Shown: positions 38,483 through 54,043, counted from the stretch's first letter. The stretch: DNA of 64,000 bases from Octopus vulgaris (GCA_951406725.2 OX597829.1:49104001-49168000); one strand, 5' to 3'. The notes: generated from the letters alone by a model not told the origin. Made by a program: numbers and translations.

Positions 38483-38928
38483 GCTATATATATATATATA
38501 TAGGCTTCTGCTAGACACTGTTGACATGGATCTGTATATGCATGAATCGGTCTCCTCTGATGCCAGTTTTTCTCTCCTTCCTCTGAAGCCAATGTTTATT
38601 CAAAAAAAAACCCCACAAAAATGGAGTTGATGCAACTCAACACATAAATCGTAGCACTTCACATGTTGCTGTTAGACCATGAAACGATAGAAATGATTCA
38701 GAGAGAGGCATCATTCATAACTTTGTAACTGTTCTGACAATCCCTCACTTTAGATCCATAGACCTTTTTTTTATATATAGACCTTGGAAGTCTAAAAAAG
38801 CAAAGTTGACCTTAACAGGTTTTGAACTCAAACCAAAGAGAATTGGAGCAAGTAAAATGAGGCATTTTATCCAATGACTATCAGTTTATCACCTTATACA
38901 CACATGCGCGCATACACATAGAGTTATT

Positions 38929-39338
38929 GGATCTTTTCGGTTTGAACGGCAGTTTTTTAAAATAATTTCCACGTAACTAAACACTTTTAAACTTCGTATA
39001 CTGGTATAAAGCATCTTTTTCTCTTGGCTTTCTTGAGAAAATTCTGTAGTTGGTAAGATATTTGTTGTTTTTTTTCTTCAATTTCTGAAATTTCAACCAA
39101 TCAATGACGTCTATTGAGGTAAAGAAAAAAACATTCTGTGCTGTATGAATATGTCCCTCGTTTAAGAAACAGATTGGGTTTATTTACATTTCTGAAGGAA
39201 AAAAAATGCCCTTCCCCCCACTCCAAACTCTAACCCTAAAACAGATTGAAATGCAATAGATCGATACTAGGGTCATAATTATGGGTGACAATTTCATATG
39301 ACACAGCTAGAAAAAACTGCCGTTCAAACTGAAAAGAT
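38929..39338. mobile_element. MITE / non-autonomous DNA transposon
   Basis: TIRs GATCTTTTCGGTTTGAACGGCAGTTTTTT / AAAAAACTGCCGTTCAAACTGAAAAGATC. Confidence 0.8.
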
Positions 39339-39528
39339 CTTAGTTATTTACAAATGCATGCAAAAAAGAAAGTGAAGTAGAACTCTTCAATGTTTATATG
39401 CTGTGACTTTCATTTGGTTTTATTGACAAGGGAGATAAATACATGGTCAACTGACAAAGGATTGCAAATGATAACAATAATAGTAATAATAATAGTTTTT
39501 TTTTTATAATAATAGTAATAATAACCAA

Positions 39529-39572
<44 letters not shown>

Positions 39573-39711
39573 AAATAACAATGTACTGATAACAATTATA
39601 GTTGTAGTACATTCGGTGGGTTCTTTTATATAAATATATGTGTGTATATAAGTATATTACATGTATGTGTGCATCTATGTATGTTTGGATGTGTGCGTAT
39701 GTGTGTATGTG

Positions 39712-39747
<36 letters not shown>

Positions 39748-40077
39748 AGAGTTTACACATACAGGGAAATAATGTGTATCATAACAACTGGGTAACGAAC
39801 ATTTACAGATTCTGGCTGAATGAGAAAAACATCTTGTAAGATCACACACTCTCATCATTTTCTCTCCTTTTATGTGTGTGTGTGTGTATGTATGTGTGTG
39901 TGTGTGTGTGTGCATATATATATATATATGTGTGTGTGTGTGTAAACATTCAACTATAGATATTTGTATACATAAATATAACACACATAAGTTGTATAGG
40001 ATATACACACACACACACACATACATACCTACATATATATCATCATCACATATCTATATATATATATATATATACAT

Positions 40078-40271
40078 ACTTTATTTAAAAGCAGCAGAAA
40101 TTCAACAAAACCTGTTACTCGGAGTTTCATGTTTCCGACGAACGGGAATGTGAAACTCCGAGTAACAGGTTTTGTTGAATTTCTGCTGCTTTTAAATAAA
40201 GCATATTACTCTACCCCTGGTATTTGAGTACTCTTTTTTCCACCTTGTTTCACATTTATGTGTTTACTCCG

Positions 40272-40273
<2 letters not shown>
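40078..40273 (+). mobile_element. Hairpin-plus-tail element with hammerhead-like core (relative of the 6612 element)
   Basis: CCGACGA-ACG(GGAA)TGT-GAAA-CTCCGAG-TA-ACAG at 40135-40168, with the same tail. The inversion point differs from the 6612 copy. Confidence 0.7.
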
Positions 40274-40314
<41 letters not shown>

Positions 40315-41288
40315 CACATAGAGGCAGATATATATATATATACTTACACATAAATGCAGATATATATATATATATATACTTACACATAAATGCAGATGTA
40401 TATATACATACACATAAAAAAACATACATACACACACATATAACTGTACATATACATGATGTGTATATTATATAACATTTTTTTACTTATTTATAAAAAA
40501 AATTTCAATCAGGTATCTAGAATTATTATAACATTATGTGCAGAAAACCGGGAACTTCAACAATATCAACAGAAAAAAAATGGTAAATTAACATATAATT
40601 CTTCTGCGGAACAACAAGAATTAAAGGAACAACAACAACAACAGTTTAGGGAAATATAATTAAAGATTCATAAAATATAGTTAAATATCATCTGTTACCT
40701 CTAAAATTTTGAAAATTTGATAAAAGAATAAATAGAACTACATATATGTGTGTATGTGTGTGTGTATATATATATATATTGTTGATATCCTATAACTGTA
40801 AGGCTTTCAATATATAGACATAGTTCTTTAAAAGCATGTAAGCCAGGCTGACTATATTGATGGAACTACAGTTACATACATGCATGGAACTATGTATATA
40901 ATGGACAACCATATAACTAATGAAGAAGGATCTGCTGCGCAGGGGAATGTAGATCGTTATGATAATCGTTAAGAATATTAACATGGCTATTCATGTTAGT
41001 ATCATTTTATCTTTATTACAATTACTGATATGTTCATTTTATATTTTTTAATATATATATTTTAATATTTTATAAATATATATATGTTACTTAAATGGCG
41101 GTGCCCCAGCATGGCCACAGCTTGTGAGCTGAAACTAGATAAAAATTTTCAAAAAAATAAAATAAAAAATATTAATATTGGTGGTGTGGCCTTGTGTCAA
41201 AATTTATACCAATATTAGTATTATTCGGTATCATCGTTTTAGTTATTATTAATTTCATTCTAATCATCATATTTTTTAATATTATTCC

Positions 41289-41325
<37 letters not shown>

Positions 41326-41922
41326 GATTACCAATCATTATATACCTTTCCCACATATCACCAATGAAGAAAGAGACAACTAGATAATAATGTGATTTCA
41401 CATTCCAAACTTAAAAATTCAACTGATGATTCCATTGCCTACCCACAGATGTTAATTGCCAGGCTTTCCCAGAAGATTCCAAATTCTGCTAATTACTAAA
41501 CTTAGACAATATGACACCAGCTTTACTCTTTTATACCATTTTTTTCTCCTTATGACTACCCACTCAATATCCTACGTTCTTTTTGCTTCCAAAAGCTAAG
41601 CATTAAAGGATGTCAATAAACCTGAACCTCGCCTATATATTGTGGTATCCTCTTGTAATACTTTTAACATAGTACATAGTTACCAATCATTTGTACAGCT
41701 CTGGTCTAACAATCTGTTCATTCTAGCTTTTCAGGGAATACAAAAATGTATGGAAGAAAATTATACCACTTTTTGATAACATATCTAATATAAGAAATAT
41801 TGACCCTACACTTTGAATACTGTCTTGAATTATAATCAACTCTAACCATAACAGATACATAGACACACACACACATATATGCAGTGATCTATATGTATAC
41901 ATACATATATAAGCATTTATAC

Positions 41923-41960
<38 letters not shown>

Positions 41961-42553
41961 CCTTTAAAATGTTTTAGCCCGAAGGCCGCGGCCATGCTGT
42001 GGCACCACCGCTATATATATATATATATTTATACATAACACATCTATGCTTATACATATATATACATGCATACAAACACACTCACACACTTATACATGTA
42101 TGCATGTGTGTATGTATGTATTGAATAAATATATCATAAGTAATACAAACAAAGATGAAAGGAGAAGTATTTCGAAATAATTAAAATCATACTGAGAAGT
42201 AATTCCCATCAAACTTAAAATAAAATTTAAAAGGGAAAAAATTTTTTTTTAAATTACACATTTTTTTTTTTTTTAAGAGTTCATAAACAAAGCATGAATA
42301 AGAATTTCTTGTTTTTTTTAATATTTTGATAAGGCTATGCTGATCTTATGTCCACTCAAACCGTGTAGTACGAAGTAAGTGCATCTATGCTGTACATTAG
42401 GAATATAATAATAAATCTTTACCAACCAAATTTTATTCTGGTAAAATATTGTGTTAGTTTGCAGAATTTATGTGTTCGCCATGAAAAAATTTTTTGTCTG
42501 AGATAATTCATTGACTATACTGTTTGGCATTCAATTTATCACTCCATCCTTCT

Positions 42554-42589
<36 letters not shown>

Positions 42590-42819
42590 ATATACATATA
42601 TGCATGTGTGTGTGTGCTTGTGTATCACTCTCATTGTTTCTTTCTCCCAATTATTTTTCTTCATTTTACAAAAAATCAAAAAATAAATAAAAATGAGAAA
42701 AAAAGTACACACATAGTTTCTACATATCTCTGTTCCTAATGTTATATTCTTGCACCCTTCCTCTTTGCAGTGTTCCTATTTTCTCCTCATATTAATTTGC
42801 GTGTGTGTGTGTGTATAAA

Positions 42820-43072
42820 TATAGAATGCTGGAATGAGTGCTCAACACCACATTGGTGGATGAATAATTTCTTTATTTGTGACTTAAGGTTACCATTGGT
42901 TTCATGTTGAGAATATCCAAGTCTCTTAACAATTCTTCAAGCCTCGATCACACGGAGAAAGGTGTTTCCCTCGGGAGGCAAAACCTTTCTCAATGTGATC
43001 AGCTTGAAAACTTAAGATACTTGGATGTTCTTAACATGAAACCAATGGTAGTCTTAAGTCACAAATAAAGAA
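42820..43072 (-). repeat. ~200 bp palindrome (42869-43072) with one-sided tail
   Basis: Arms run TTCTTTATTTGTGACTTAAG...CTTAAGTCACAAATAAAGAA. The tail resembles the 6612 tail on the minus strand. Confidence 0.8.
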
Positions 43073-45489
43073 TATATATGTATATATTTCTAATTCCTAT
43101 TGTCTCATTTTTACTACTCATTTCTGAAATATAACCTAATTAATGAAATGCTTTTTAATTCATGTTATATACATCCACACACACACACACATGTGTACAA
43201 ACATGCTTCCTTACTGACATTAACAACAGTAGTAGTACTACTAGTAGTAGTAGTATTAGTATTAGTAGCAGCAGTAGTAGTAGTAGTAGCAGCAGCAGTA
43301 GTAGTGGTAGTAGTCGTTGTGGTGGTAGTGGTAGTAGTGGTGGCGGTTGTCATTTTTGTCATAATTGAAGTGGTAATGTTTCTAAGAGCCAAAATAGCTC
43401 ATGAGATTTATAGAGTAATAAGGAAACAAACTTCTATACATGTAACAGTTACTTACACTGGTCCAAAGCTCACAATAATAATAATAATAATGGTTTCTGA
43501 TTTAGGTACAAGGCCGGCAAAGTAAACCTCGGTGGAATTTGAACCAAGTAAGCAAGGATCTAGAAGAAATACCACTAGATATTTTGTGTGACTAGCTAAT
43601 AATTCTTAACATAGACATAAGATGTCTTGGAAGAAGGTTGTATAGTTAATTGAAAAGACAACTAGTATATCACTGGTATCTACTGGAAGGAGAGTAAGAA
43701 GGTAAGTCAAATTTGTCTTTGGTAAGACTGAATTCAAATTATAAATTCCAAAAGCAGATTATGCAAGGCGATTTTTGCAAGTGCTTTACCAGTTTTGTCG
43801 CTAAGAACAATATCGACAATAACAGTAACGATAGACACAATTCAACATCCTTCACATATATTTATTGATACTCAATTCCAGTGTCAGAGAAAAGGTGAAT
43901 CTTCTAATCTGCTGTTTGATTCTTGAAAAAAAAAAAAGAAGAAAACAAACAATACTTTGTTTTTTGCTTGCAGCTTATAGCAAAATAAAGAATTTACCAC
44001 CACCATCAGCATCATCATCATCATTATTATAAATATAATCATTTTAATTCTGGTTCTTGGAAAATATTGTGCAGTATTTGTTGTAGATCTTTGCTTTCTG
44101 AGTTGAAATCCTGCCTAAGTCAACTTTGTCCTTTCATCTTTCTGAAGTCAATAAAATAGGGAACAGTGAAAATTCCTGTGAAGTACTGAGACCAATATAA
44201 TTGATATTAACTCCTCCCAAATATTTGGCCCTTTGCTATGCTTGAGCACATTATCAATTTATTGTTTTTTTTCTTCTTAAACTATATCATGTTTTAATTT
44301 TTTTCTATCTTTTATACAATTATTTATATATTTTGTGTTATTCTGCTCATATTGAACAAATTTGTTATTCCTTCCCTTATACTTTGTAAAAAAAACCCTA
44401 TGGAACAAACATGTTGTTTGTTCTATATACAAAATGTACCTTGGTGGCAAATAAAGAAATTATTTTTGTTGTTATTATTATTATTATCATTATTATCATT
44501 ATTATTATTATTATTATTATGGTCGTAGTGAGCTGGCAAAATCATTACCAAATCAGACAATATGCTTAGTGACATTTTTGCCTGACTTTACGTTCTGAGT
44601 TCTAATTCCACCAAAGCTGATTTTTGTCTTCCATCCTTTCGGGGTTGATAAAATGAGAACCAATTGGGCACTGGGATCAATGTAATTGACTAGCCCCATC
44701 CCACAAAATTTCAGACCTTGGGGCTAGAAGAGTAATTATTATTATTATTATTACTATTATTATTATTATTTTATTGTTTACTCGATTTCTGTGTTAAATC
44801 CTACATGTCCCTTGTTTAGCATTGCCCCCCCATTTGTTTTTGCGTTCAGTCCTTGTGGCCAATAAAGAAACAATCATTATTATTATTATTATTATTCAAC
44901 ACTGACATATTCTCAAAGTCTGTATCCTCAAACTCATTTATGTTACACAACCACTCTTTTGTGTTAGGCCATCTAAGGTAGAAAAAAAAAGGAATCTTTT
45001 TTTTTGGTGTTGGAATTCATTTAGAAGAAAATATAACAAGTTAGAGGCATAAACTGTCTCAACCAATATCAAATCAATGAATAATAATTGTTTTAAAAAT
45101 CTCTCAAGTGTAATGAAACATGGGAAATTTGGTCAATGGAACTAAATATCTAATTAAGTTATTGTATTTACAATTGTATTTAATTAATTAAAAAAAAAAT
45201 CGTAATGTATTTTAGCAGTTATTTATTTTATTCAGTATTTTTTTAATTTGCAGATAAAAATCAATTAAACCTTTTGTTACCATACTTTTTATTGCAAAAA
45301 GAATAAAAAAAATAAGTGTGTATGTGTATGTTTCAAATAATTTAGAAATCTCTGGAAAATTTGTAGGTTATCTAACTTTCTTGTTAATTAGCTGGTGTTT
45401 TGAACTTGACTTAACAAAAGGTTCTTAATATAAATTTTGATGTAAGTTTTTAGCTTAAATATGAACACACTAAGAAGAAAGTTTTGTTT

Positions 45490-45810
45490 CTTAGAACCAG
45501 ATGCAACCTCAGGAAATTGCAAGAATTTGGAATATGAGAGCTGTAGAAGTTGTGCCTGTAATAACTGGTGCATTGGGAACTGTGGGTAAAGATATAGATA
45601 AATGGTTAATGGAAATTGGAATTCAATGTCCTGTAGAGCTTCTACTGAAAGTTTGCCTCTTAGGGACAGAAATGACTACCAAGAGGGTTCTAAGCATTTG
45701 AAAGGCTATTGAACGATTGTGAATACCTAAGGTTACAGGTAGTAACCTGCTACCCACATAGATTCTATCAGGAGTAAGAACAAATTTTTGAGTCAAATTA
45801 CTAAACATAA
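45490..45810 (+). mobile_element. 3' fragment of a restriction-like-endonuclease LINE (R4/Dong/NeSL-like)
   Basis: EIARIWNMRAVEVVPVITGALGTV...LLLKVCLLGT..KRVL matches the RLE-LINE C-terminus. Followed by (TAA)n. Confidence 0.7.
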
Positions 45811-45929
45811 TAATAATAATAATGGTTAACATATATGTTAAACTTTATTTTCACAATGTAATTGTTTTTAATTCTTACATAACTGAGATTAGGTAAGAAA
45901 TAGGGAAGAGATGAACACATTTTTCAATA

Positions 45930-45973
<44 letters not shown>

Positions 45974-46057
45974 CGCATAAGGAAATCGCTATTATATTTA
46001 TCTTTAATATTATCCAGATTATGATTATCATTATCACGATTATTATTACTATTATTA

Positions 46058-46093
<36 letters not shown>

Positions 46094-47155
46094 CATTGGT
46101 ATTATTTGCTGTGGCTAAATTGGGGTTTAATAAAGTGTTGGATTACTGGTAGTGATTTAATTAACTAACCTCTCTGATCAGATTTGCTGCCCAGTGTCTG
46201 TATTAGAAATTATTATTATTATTATTATTATTATTAGTGGCCTTATGCATGTATTATGAAATTACCATCATCATGATCTTTATATCTATTACAATTATAA
46301 TAATTACGAAGCTCATAAATTGAATTGAAAAGATAGGAGTAAAAGTGGGGATAGAGAATCTACAAAAAACTGCTACATGGAGTTGCACAAATCCTCAACA
46401 GAGTTCCCAAACTCTGAATGAAGAGTGTTACCTTAGTCCACTGATGTTGGACAGCTAACATCCTGCTACATTCCCCAGTGAAGTCACTTTTTTTAAACAA
46501 GGTGGTAATAATAATAATAATAATGATAATAACCTGGATGTTAACTTATCATGGAAGACACTCAACATCCAAGCACAAATCTTAAAATCCTAGCTCTTCC
46601 CAATAGAGCAGTTTTTTTTGCGGGGGCCTGCTCTACCCTCATGCCAATTCAAATCTCTACAACATATAATTTGCGGAAAGGGACCCTGTGAGATCTCTGA
46701 CAACAAGTTGCTCTCCACTCTCACAGAATCAACCAGAGCAAACAAGACCAAGAGAATTAAATAAAAATAATTATTATTATTACTAATATTATTATTATTA
46801 TTACTTACTATTAATACTACTACTATTGACAAAGGTTTGAATTTTAAGCTTAGTACCACAATTATTTTATATGTTAATATACACAAGGTTTGGTTTTACT
46901 CTTTCATCTTTCAACAGGTGCTAAAAACCAAGTACTTAATATAATATAATTGACAGTTTCTATTCCTCGCATAAAAGACAAAAATCAAAATAATTCTGGC
47001 CTTGTGTATTTGTTTAGAAAATAATGTATGAAGGCATAAGCATACAATATTTTTCAACCCCAATTCACAATAAGTATTACACCAAATAGCATTAAAAAAA
47101 AAAAATGATGTGGTAAAAAATATCTTATGAATTTCAAGCAAAGCATCAAACAACT

Positions 47156-47206
<51 letters not shown>

Positions 47207-47316
47207 TATAAACACACACATGCATATATATATATACACAGATACATATATATAAATACATGCATATATACATATATATATTACATGCATGTATCTGTAT
47301 ATATTTCATATATATA

Positions 47317-47347
<31 letters not shown>

Positions 47348-48217
47348 GTATGAATGTATGCATATATATATATATATATGTATATAAATGCATACACATA
47401 TACATTCACACAGACACAAGCACATACACACACACACATATATATATATATGAATGTATGTACGTATGTATGTATGTATAGTATGTATATTTGATATATA
47501 TAAAATCTACATACATAGAAACATACACACGTGAGTGGATATTTTTGTGGATAGCTGCAATAAAGTTTACTAAGAATTTAATTCATCACATGTGTATATA
47601 TCTGTTTGTGTGTGGTTTTATGTACATGTTTGTGACTGGGTGTATAATATCCATAGTGATGAAGGTCTGTCTTCACAAAAATTAGTCATCTAAGATACGT
47701 TTATAATATAGTTGGATGAAAACACATTTATTTTTATCTTCAGATAAGAAATTAGATTTTATATAACTGTCATGTACAATCTTAAAATTCAGATATAATA
47801 GGTAGATTTTTATCTTAACGTTTTGTCTTTCAAGAAAAAAATTTGTCCATTTTGTTAATATATACCATTTAAAAGTTTCGCCGGGAAAAGTTCACAGTTC
47901 AAAATTTTTCTTCTTTTTTTTTCCCCCCCCACAATAAATGCTTCAAGAAAATAATCGGGAGCTAGTGTTTTATATATGAATTATATAATGAATATTTAAT
48001 TTTCAACAAAACAAACCAATGACCAGTCTTCTTTATTCATACAAAGACCTGGTTTTTATATATATAAATATATATATATATATGACATGTATTTATATAT
48101 GTGTATATGTACATATGTATATATATATGCAGACAACTAACATATATATATATATATGTATTTATACATATATATGTGTATGGATATAGTATGTGTAAAT
48201 ATGCATATGTGTATGTA

Positions 48218-48248
<31 letters not shown>

Positions 48249-48690
48249 GTGTGTGTGTGTGTATATATATCAGTTCATATACTGGTATATACGAGAGATC
48301 AAGATAACACTGTGTTCATCATTTATGGCATTTATTGGAAGAGAGCTCACTCTGAGTATTCCATCATGAAAAACAGTTTCTCCTTGGATAATTTCTGTGT
48401 TAAAAGTATAACATGTTCCAAATGATGTCATTATACAGCTGTTTCAGCATACACCGTTGTTTCAGCATAAAATCACCTTTTCAGTAACAGATTCTGTTGC
48501 TTGGAAGTCTGCTGATATTATTTGTAGCATGTTGCACTTTTAATACAAAAAGTTTCAGTAGGAGGGGATTGTTCTTTCAAGTCTAAATATCCTAGTGAGT
48601 ACCAATCGTGTTTGTGTGTATATAAATGATGTTCACATTGTTAGATACGTATTTATATATTTATATAAATACTTAGGCATGCGTTTATGA

Positions 48691-48784
<94 letters not shown>

Positions 48785-50576
48785 CATTGGTTGTATGTGT
48801 GAGTATATATAAATAAATGTGCATATACAGATGCATATGAATGTATGTATATATATATATATACATGCAAATATATATATTTTTGTAAATGCATATTCAA
48901 ATGTTTACATCAATGTATTTGTGTTTGTGTGTGTGTGTGAATGAATATATATATACGTGTGTTTGTGTGCACCTATATATATATAAATATACATATATAT
49001 GTGTGTATTTATGTTGCATACATATGAAAACACATTTACATGCGCAAATACATGTCAAAAGCAGTTTCCTAAAATCTAACTATATTAAGATTTTTTTTAC
49101 TACTAGTGCATATGCATATATATATATGCACATATAGACATTCATTCATAAGCAAAAGAAGTATATCTTTCTAGACCAAAATCCATGCATGTTGCTGATG
49201 GTCAGAGAGAAATGAATTTTTCTTTTCTATTCATATTTTTGTATTTTGATATTTCATTTTATTTCATATTTTATTTTATTTTATTTATTTATTTATTGAC
49301 ATAAGATTTGGTCAGAATTTCAGATATACAACCATTGAATATTACCAGCATTGCAAAACAGTTTAATAATATATGGGGTATATACATCTCTGCATCACGC
49401 ATGCACACAGAAACACACACACACAGACCCACACACATGTATGTATTAATATATATATATTTTTATATGTATACATATATATATATATATGTGCCTGTCT
49501 GTGTGTGTGTGCATATGTGCTGTTCATTATATACTCTGGAGAAAATTAAAAAAATATGCACACTTTAGCTATGTATTTAATCTAAGTCACTATGGCCATT
49601 AATTACTGGATGGCTTTGTCTTAGTAATTCAACATCTAAGTTGTAAATGAAATATGCAATTTTGCTTCTTTTTTTGAAAAAAATAAATATTGGTCTTCTT
49701 CATGATCTTTAATATTTAAATATATTTTTATTAGCAGGTCAAACTTAACCTAGCCTCTTGCTTCTTGTTTTTATCGTCTTTTACTAAAAATATGCTTTTT
49801 AATAATTTACAGCAACTAGTTATACTAATTTCTGAGATCAATCATTTGTTAAGTCATGTAGTTTTAAAGATTATCATAATCTATTTTTAACTTAAATTAT
49901 ATTGGGACCAGGACAGGGAATGTTTTGGTATAAGTTCTTAGAATATCTGTAAGAAAACTGGATGTGTCAATATATGTGTGTGTGTATGTATGTATGTATG
50001 TATGTATGTATGTATGTATGTATGTGTGTGTGTATATATATATATGTGTGTGAATTATAATAAATATGTAAAAGATTTAGTACTAAATTTAAAGGAACTT
50101 TTTATTTTCAGGAATTTCCTGGTCTTTTAGAAATTAGTCAAAAATACACATAGCATGGAGTTTTTGCATAACAAGTGCTGCTCCTTTTGATTATATTGAA
50201 AAGAACTGGATCTTTGAAACAATGTCTCAACCAAAATTTAAAGAAATAAATCAAACAGAAAATATATAAGATATATGATATAAACATGTCTATGCACAAA
50301 CATATATATTTTGTACAGCACAATATATATTATGCACGTGTGTGTAAACATATATGAGTGTGTATATATATATATATATATATATAAAAATATATGTATT
50401 TATGATGATGATGATGCATATATATTTATATTATATATATATATATATCATGATGATATATATGTATATCATTATATATATTATACACACACACATACAC
50501 ACATATGCATAGACAATCTCACGCAATGATATATACATGTATGCATATCTATATGTTTATATATATATATGTATAT

Positions 50577-50609
<33 letters not shown>

Positions 50610-50861
50610 GATTTCTAAATATCCAAAATTGTAAAACACAGGCACTCATATTTTGGTTAATGAAATTAGGAGCATTACCATTAAGAAAATGCAATATATT
50701 TTCATATCAGTCAAATATACAACATGATTTCATATCAAGTTTGAGACAACCCCAGCAAATCTCTGCGAAGAATGGCAATTTGTTCTTCCCTTCTATAAAG
50801 TTATTTGGTAAAGTGACTGACATAAGAGAATAATACTGTATTTGATTAATAATAACCATAC

Positions 50862-50901
<40 letters not shown>

Positions 50902-51192
50902 CCTTTCACTATAGGCATAAGGCCCGAAATTTGGGGAGTTGGGTAGGTTGATTATATCGACCCCCAGTGTCCAACTGGTGCTTATTTTATCGACCCTGAA
51001 AGGATGAAAGGCAAAGTCAACCTCGGCAGAATTTGGACTCAGAACATCAAGGCAGATGAAATGTTGTGAAGCAATTTGCCCCCTGTGTTAACAATTCTGC
51101 CAGCTCACTGCCTTAATAATAATAATAGTACATATACATGTATACATATATATATATAATCATCATCATTGCTAGTATATGTGTGTGTGTAC

Positions 51193-51226
<34 letters not shown>

Positions 51227-51900
51227 ATATGGTCATGTGTATCATATATTAGTATACATACATAATATGGATACATACACTTGTAAACATTCATACATAC
51301 AAATTTCAATATATATAAGTACATATATATATGTGTATACACACACACACATCTGTTTCTTATACATGCACACATACATGTACCTTACAAAAAAAAAAGG
51401 TTAAAAGTTAAACTAATACTTGAAAAGTGGTGTGCCAAAAATTGATAATGTCCTGACAGAAGAAGTTAGAATATGGATATATGATACTATGGAACGAAAT
51501 ACATTTAAATAGTGAATTAAGGAAATACTAATTAATGTTAATTTGCATGAAGTGAAATCTATTTTTAATTCAAAGAGCTATTTGCATTGAAAAATTTTCA
51601 AACTATTGGATACAGGTTCTTTTTTAAATGCCTCTTTCTTGTAAAATATAAATCTGCTAAAACCTGTGTGTGTGAGTATGAATGTGTGTATATATATAAA
51701 GTATGTATAGATGTGTGTAGGTAGGTATGTATAATTTAGTTGTATGGTAAATGCATAGTACAGGCAATGTAGAATTAACTATTATGGGTTGGAAGTAATA
51801 AAAGGGATGCCAGAGAGTACTGTGTGTGTGTGTGCATGCGCATGGATATATATACATACATATATGTGTGTGTACGTGTACATAGGCATGTATATATAGG

Positions 51901-51951
<51 letters not shown>

Positions 51952-52208
51952 TTATACATGTGTGAATATGAGTATTGCTATATATATATGCACATGTGTG
52001 TGTGTATATACATATACATACATACGTATATATATATATACACACATTTGATGCATCAAGTAACATAGTGCATGTATGGGAACAGATAAACTAACATAAA
52101 AATATATGTGCATATATATATATATAGAAATAATTATTTTGATTTCATACTCATATAAATATATATACGCCTATACATATATACATATGCATGCACATAT
52201 GTATGTGC

Positions 52209-52240
<32 letters not shown>

Positions 52241-52749
52241 GTATGCATATACGCACACATATATACATATTTTTTTATGTATATGCATATACATATGTGT
52301 ACATACAAACATATATATATCATATACATTATATATTATAATAGAGGTATCTACAGATTAATTTATTGATAATATTTATTTATATATATATATATACATA
52401 GATATATATATATATATATTAGATTTAGACTGAAAGATAGGCAGATAGAATGATCAGAGAGATAGGTTAGATTTATAGGTGGAAGAAAGAAATATAGTGA
52501 AATTAAGTGATGTATAATTTGGTAGACAGTGATGGGGCAGAGGTATAGGGAAATAGATATAACTTTCTGTGACCGTTAAGAGGCTCCCATTCGTTTGACC
52601 AGCAATATATATTTTAGGATTTACTTTTTTTTCTTTTTTTTTTAATTCATCTATGCTGTTTTATTTTATTTATTTTTCTTTTTCGTATATGCACTTTTTT
52701 TTTTATTACTTTTCTTATGTCTAATATTTTCCAGTGCAACGGAACGTGA

Positions 52750-53038
52750 TTACTTTTGAAAACCTGTCATGTGCATACGTTTGACAGTATCCAACTTATG
52801 GTTCTTACTGTTGTTCAGTTGATGGGTATACGACGATATTTTAGTCCCGTGAAGCATCAGAGTCCACTCACTAAATACTCCCATATCTACTCTGCTTGAC
52901 CAGCCAGAATTGAGACGCACAGTTAGGGTCCAACGTCCACGAGGATTCTCTGCCCACGTATGGGTGGTCATGAAAGGCCAACGTTTGAACCCGTTCTTGT
53001 TATCTGCATCTCTCGGACGGCGACTGAGAATCATTGAT
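52750..53038 (-). CDS. PCSK2: Last coding exon of prohormone convertase 2-like subtilisin/kexin protease (P-domain C-terminal half and short tail)
   Basis: Translates to (T)SMILSRRPRDADNKNGFKRWPFMTTHTWAENPRGRWTL...EWTLMLHGTK...GFQK*, a PC2-typical P-domain sequence. The acceptor is ttttttgcAG at 53040-53039, and the first base completes a phase-2 codon from the upstream exon. Confidence 0.92.
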
Positions 53039-53301
53039 CTGCAAAAAACGAAAAAAAGGTAAAAAAATAGAAAAGAATGAAACTCATGAAACAGATGTCG
53101 ATATTCCTTGGGTTTTACTCTGAGTTTTATTTTATCAAAATCTGTATTCTATGCATCAATAAGTTAAAGTTTGTTTCTATAAAAGAATGCAACGTAACAC
53201 CAGATCGTAGAACATAGACATACACACATAATATTTATGAGTGTATGTGCATATGTATATATATTTGTGTGTGTGTGTGTGTGTGCATGTTCATATGTAT
53301 G

Positions 53302-53349
<48 letters not shown>

Positions 53350-53427
53350 CGTGCATGTGTGTGTATATATATATATATATGTGAGTGTATGTTTATACAT
53401 ATGTGTGTGTGTGTATATATATATATA

Positions 53428-54043
53428 TGGGTACAGGACATCACCAACAGTAAACAACATGAAATACGAAAATAAATGAGTTAAATACGCAAATAACGAG
53501 AGAAAAATGGAAAACAAAACAAGTAATAATACAAAGAACGACCCTTTATCAGTTGTCGGCTGTCTATCTACTCCCCATTTCGAGCAATCAACAACAATAT
53601 GAATCTTCGAAGACAGTCTCTCCCATAAATACTAAAATAAAATTTTGGATTTGTGGAGGAGGATCAAAGTTAAGAACAAAAACAGGACAGTGGAGACATA
53701 CAGGGAAACCGAATGAAAACAAACATGGAGGGTCGTTAGACCTGAACAAGGAGAAAATAGCGAATGCTGAGAGAAATATTATTTTTGAAAAGAGAAAAGA
53801 TAGAAGAGAGAGATAGTAGACTGTCCCTAGAACGTCCGTGCAGGAGAGAAAGATGGTCATGTGAGGAAAAGAAAGATGGACGATGGTCACGTGTGAGCAA
53901 TGAGAGAGAAAAGGAGAAAGAAAGGGGAGAGAGAGGGAGACAGATAATGCTGAGAGGGAGGAAAAGGGAATTAGAGAGGATGGGATGATTGCTCATTTGT
54001 TTTCGTATTTCATGTTGTTCACTGTTGGAGACATCCTGTATCC
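53428..54043 (-). mobile_element. Intronic element with ~52 bp terminal inverted repeats in (TA)n
   Basis: 53428-53480 pairs with 53992-54043. Contains a degenerate hammerhead-like motif at 53560-53616 (-). Confidence 0.6.
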
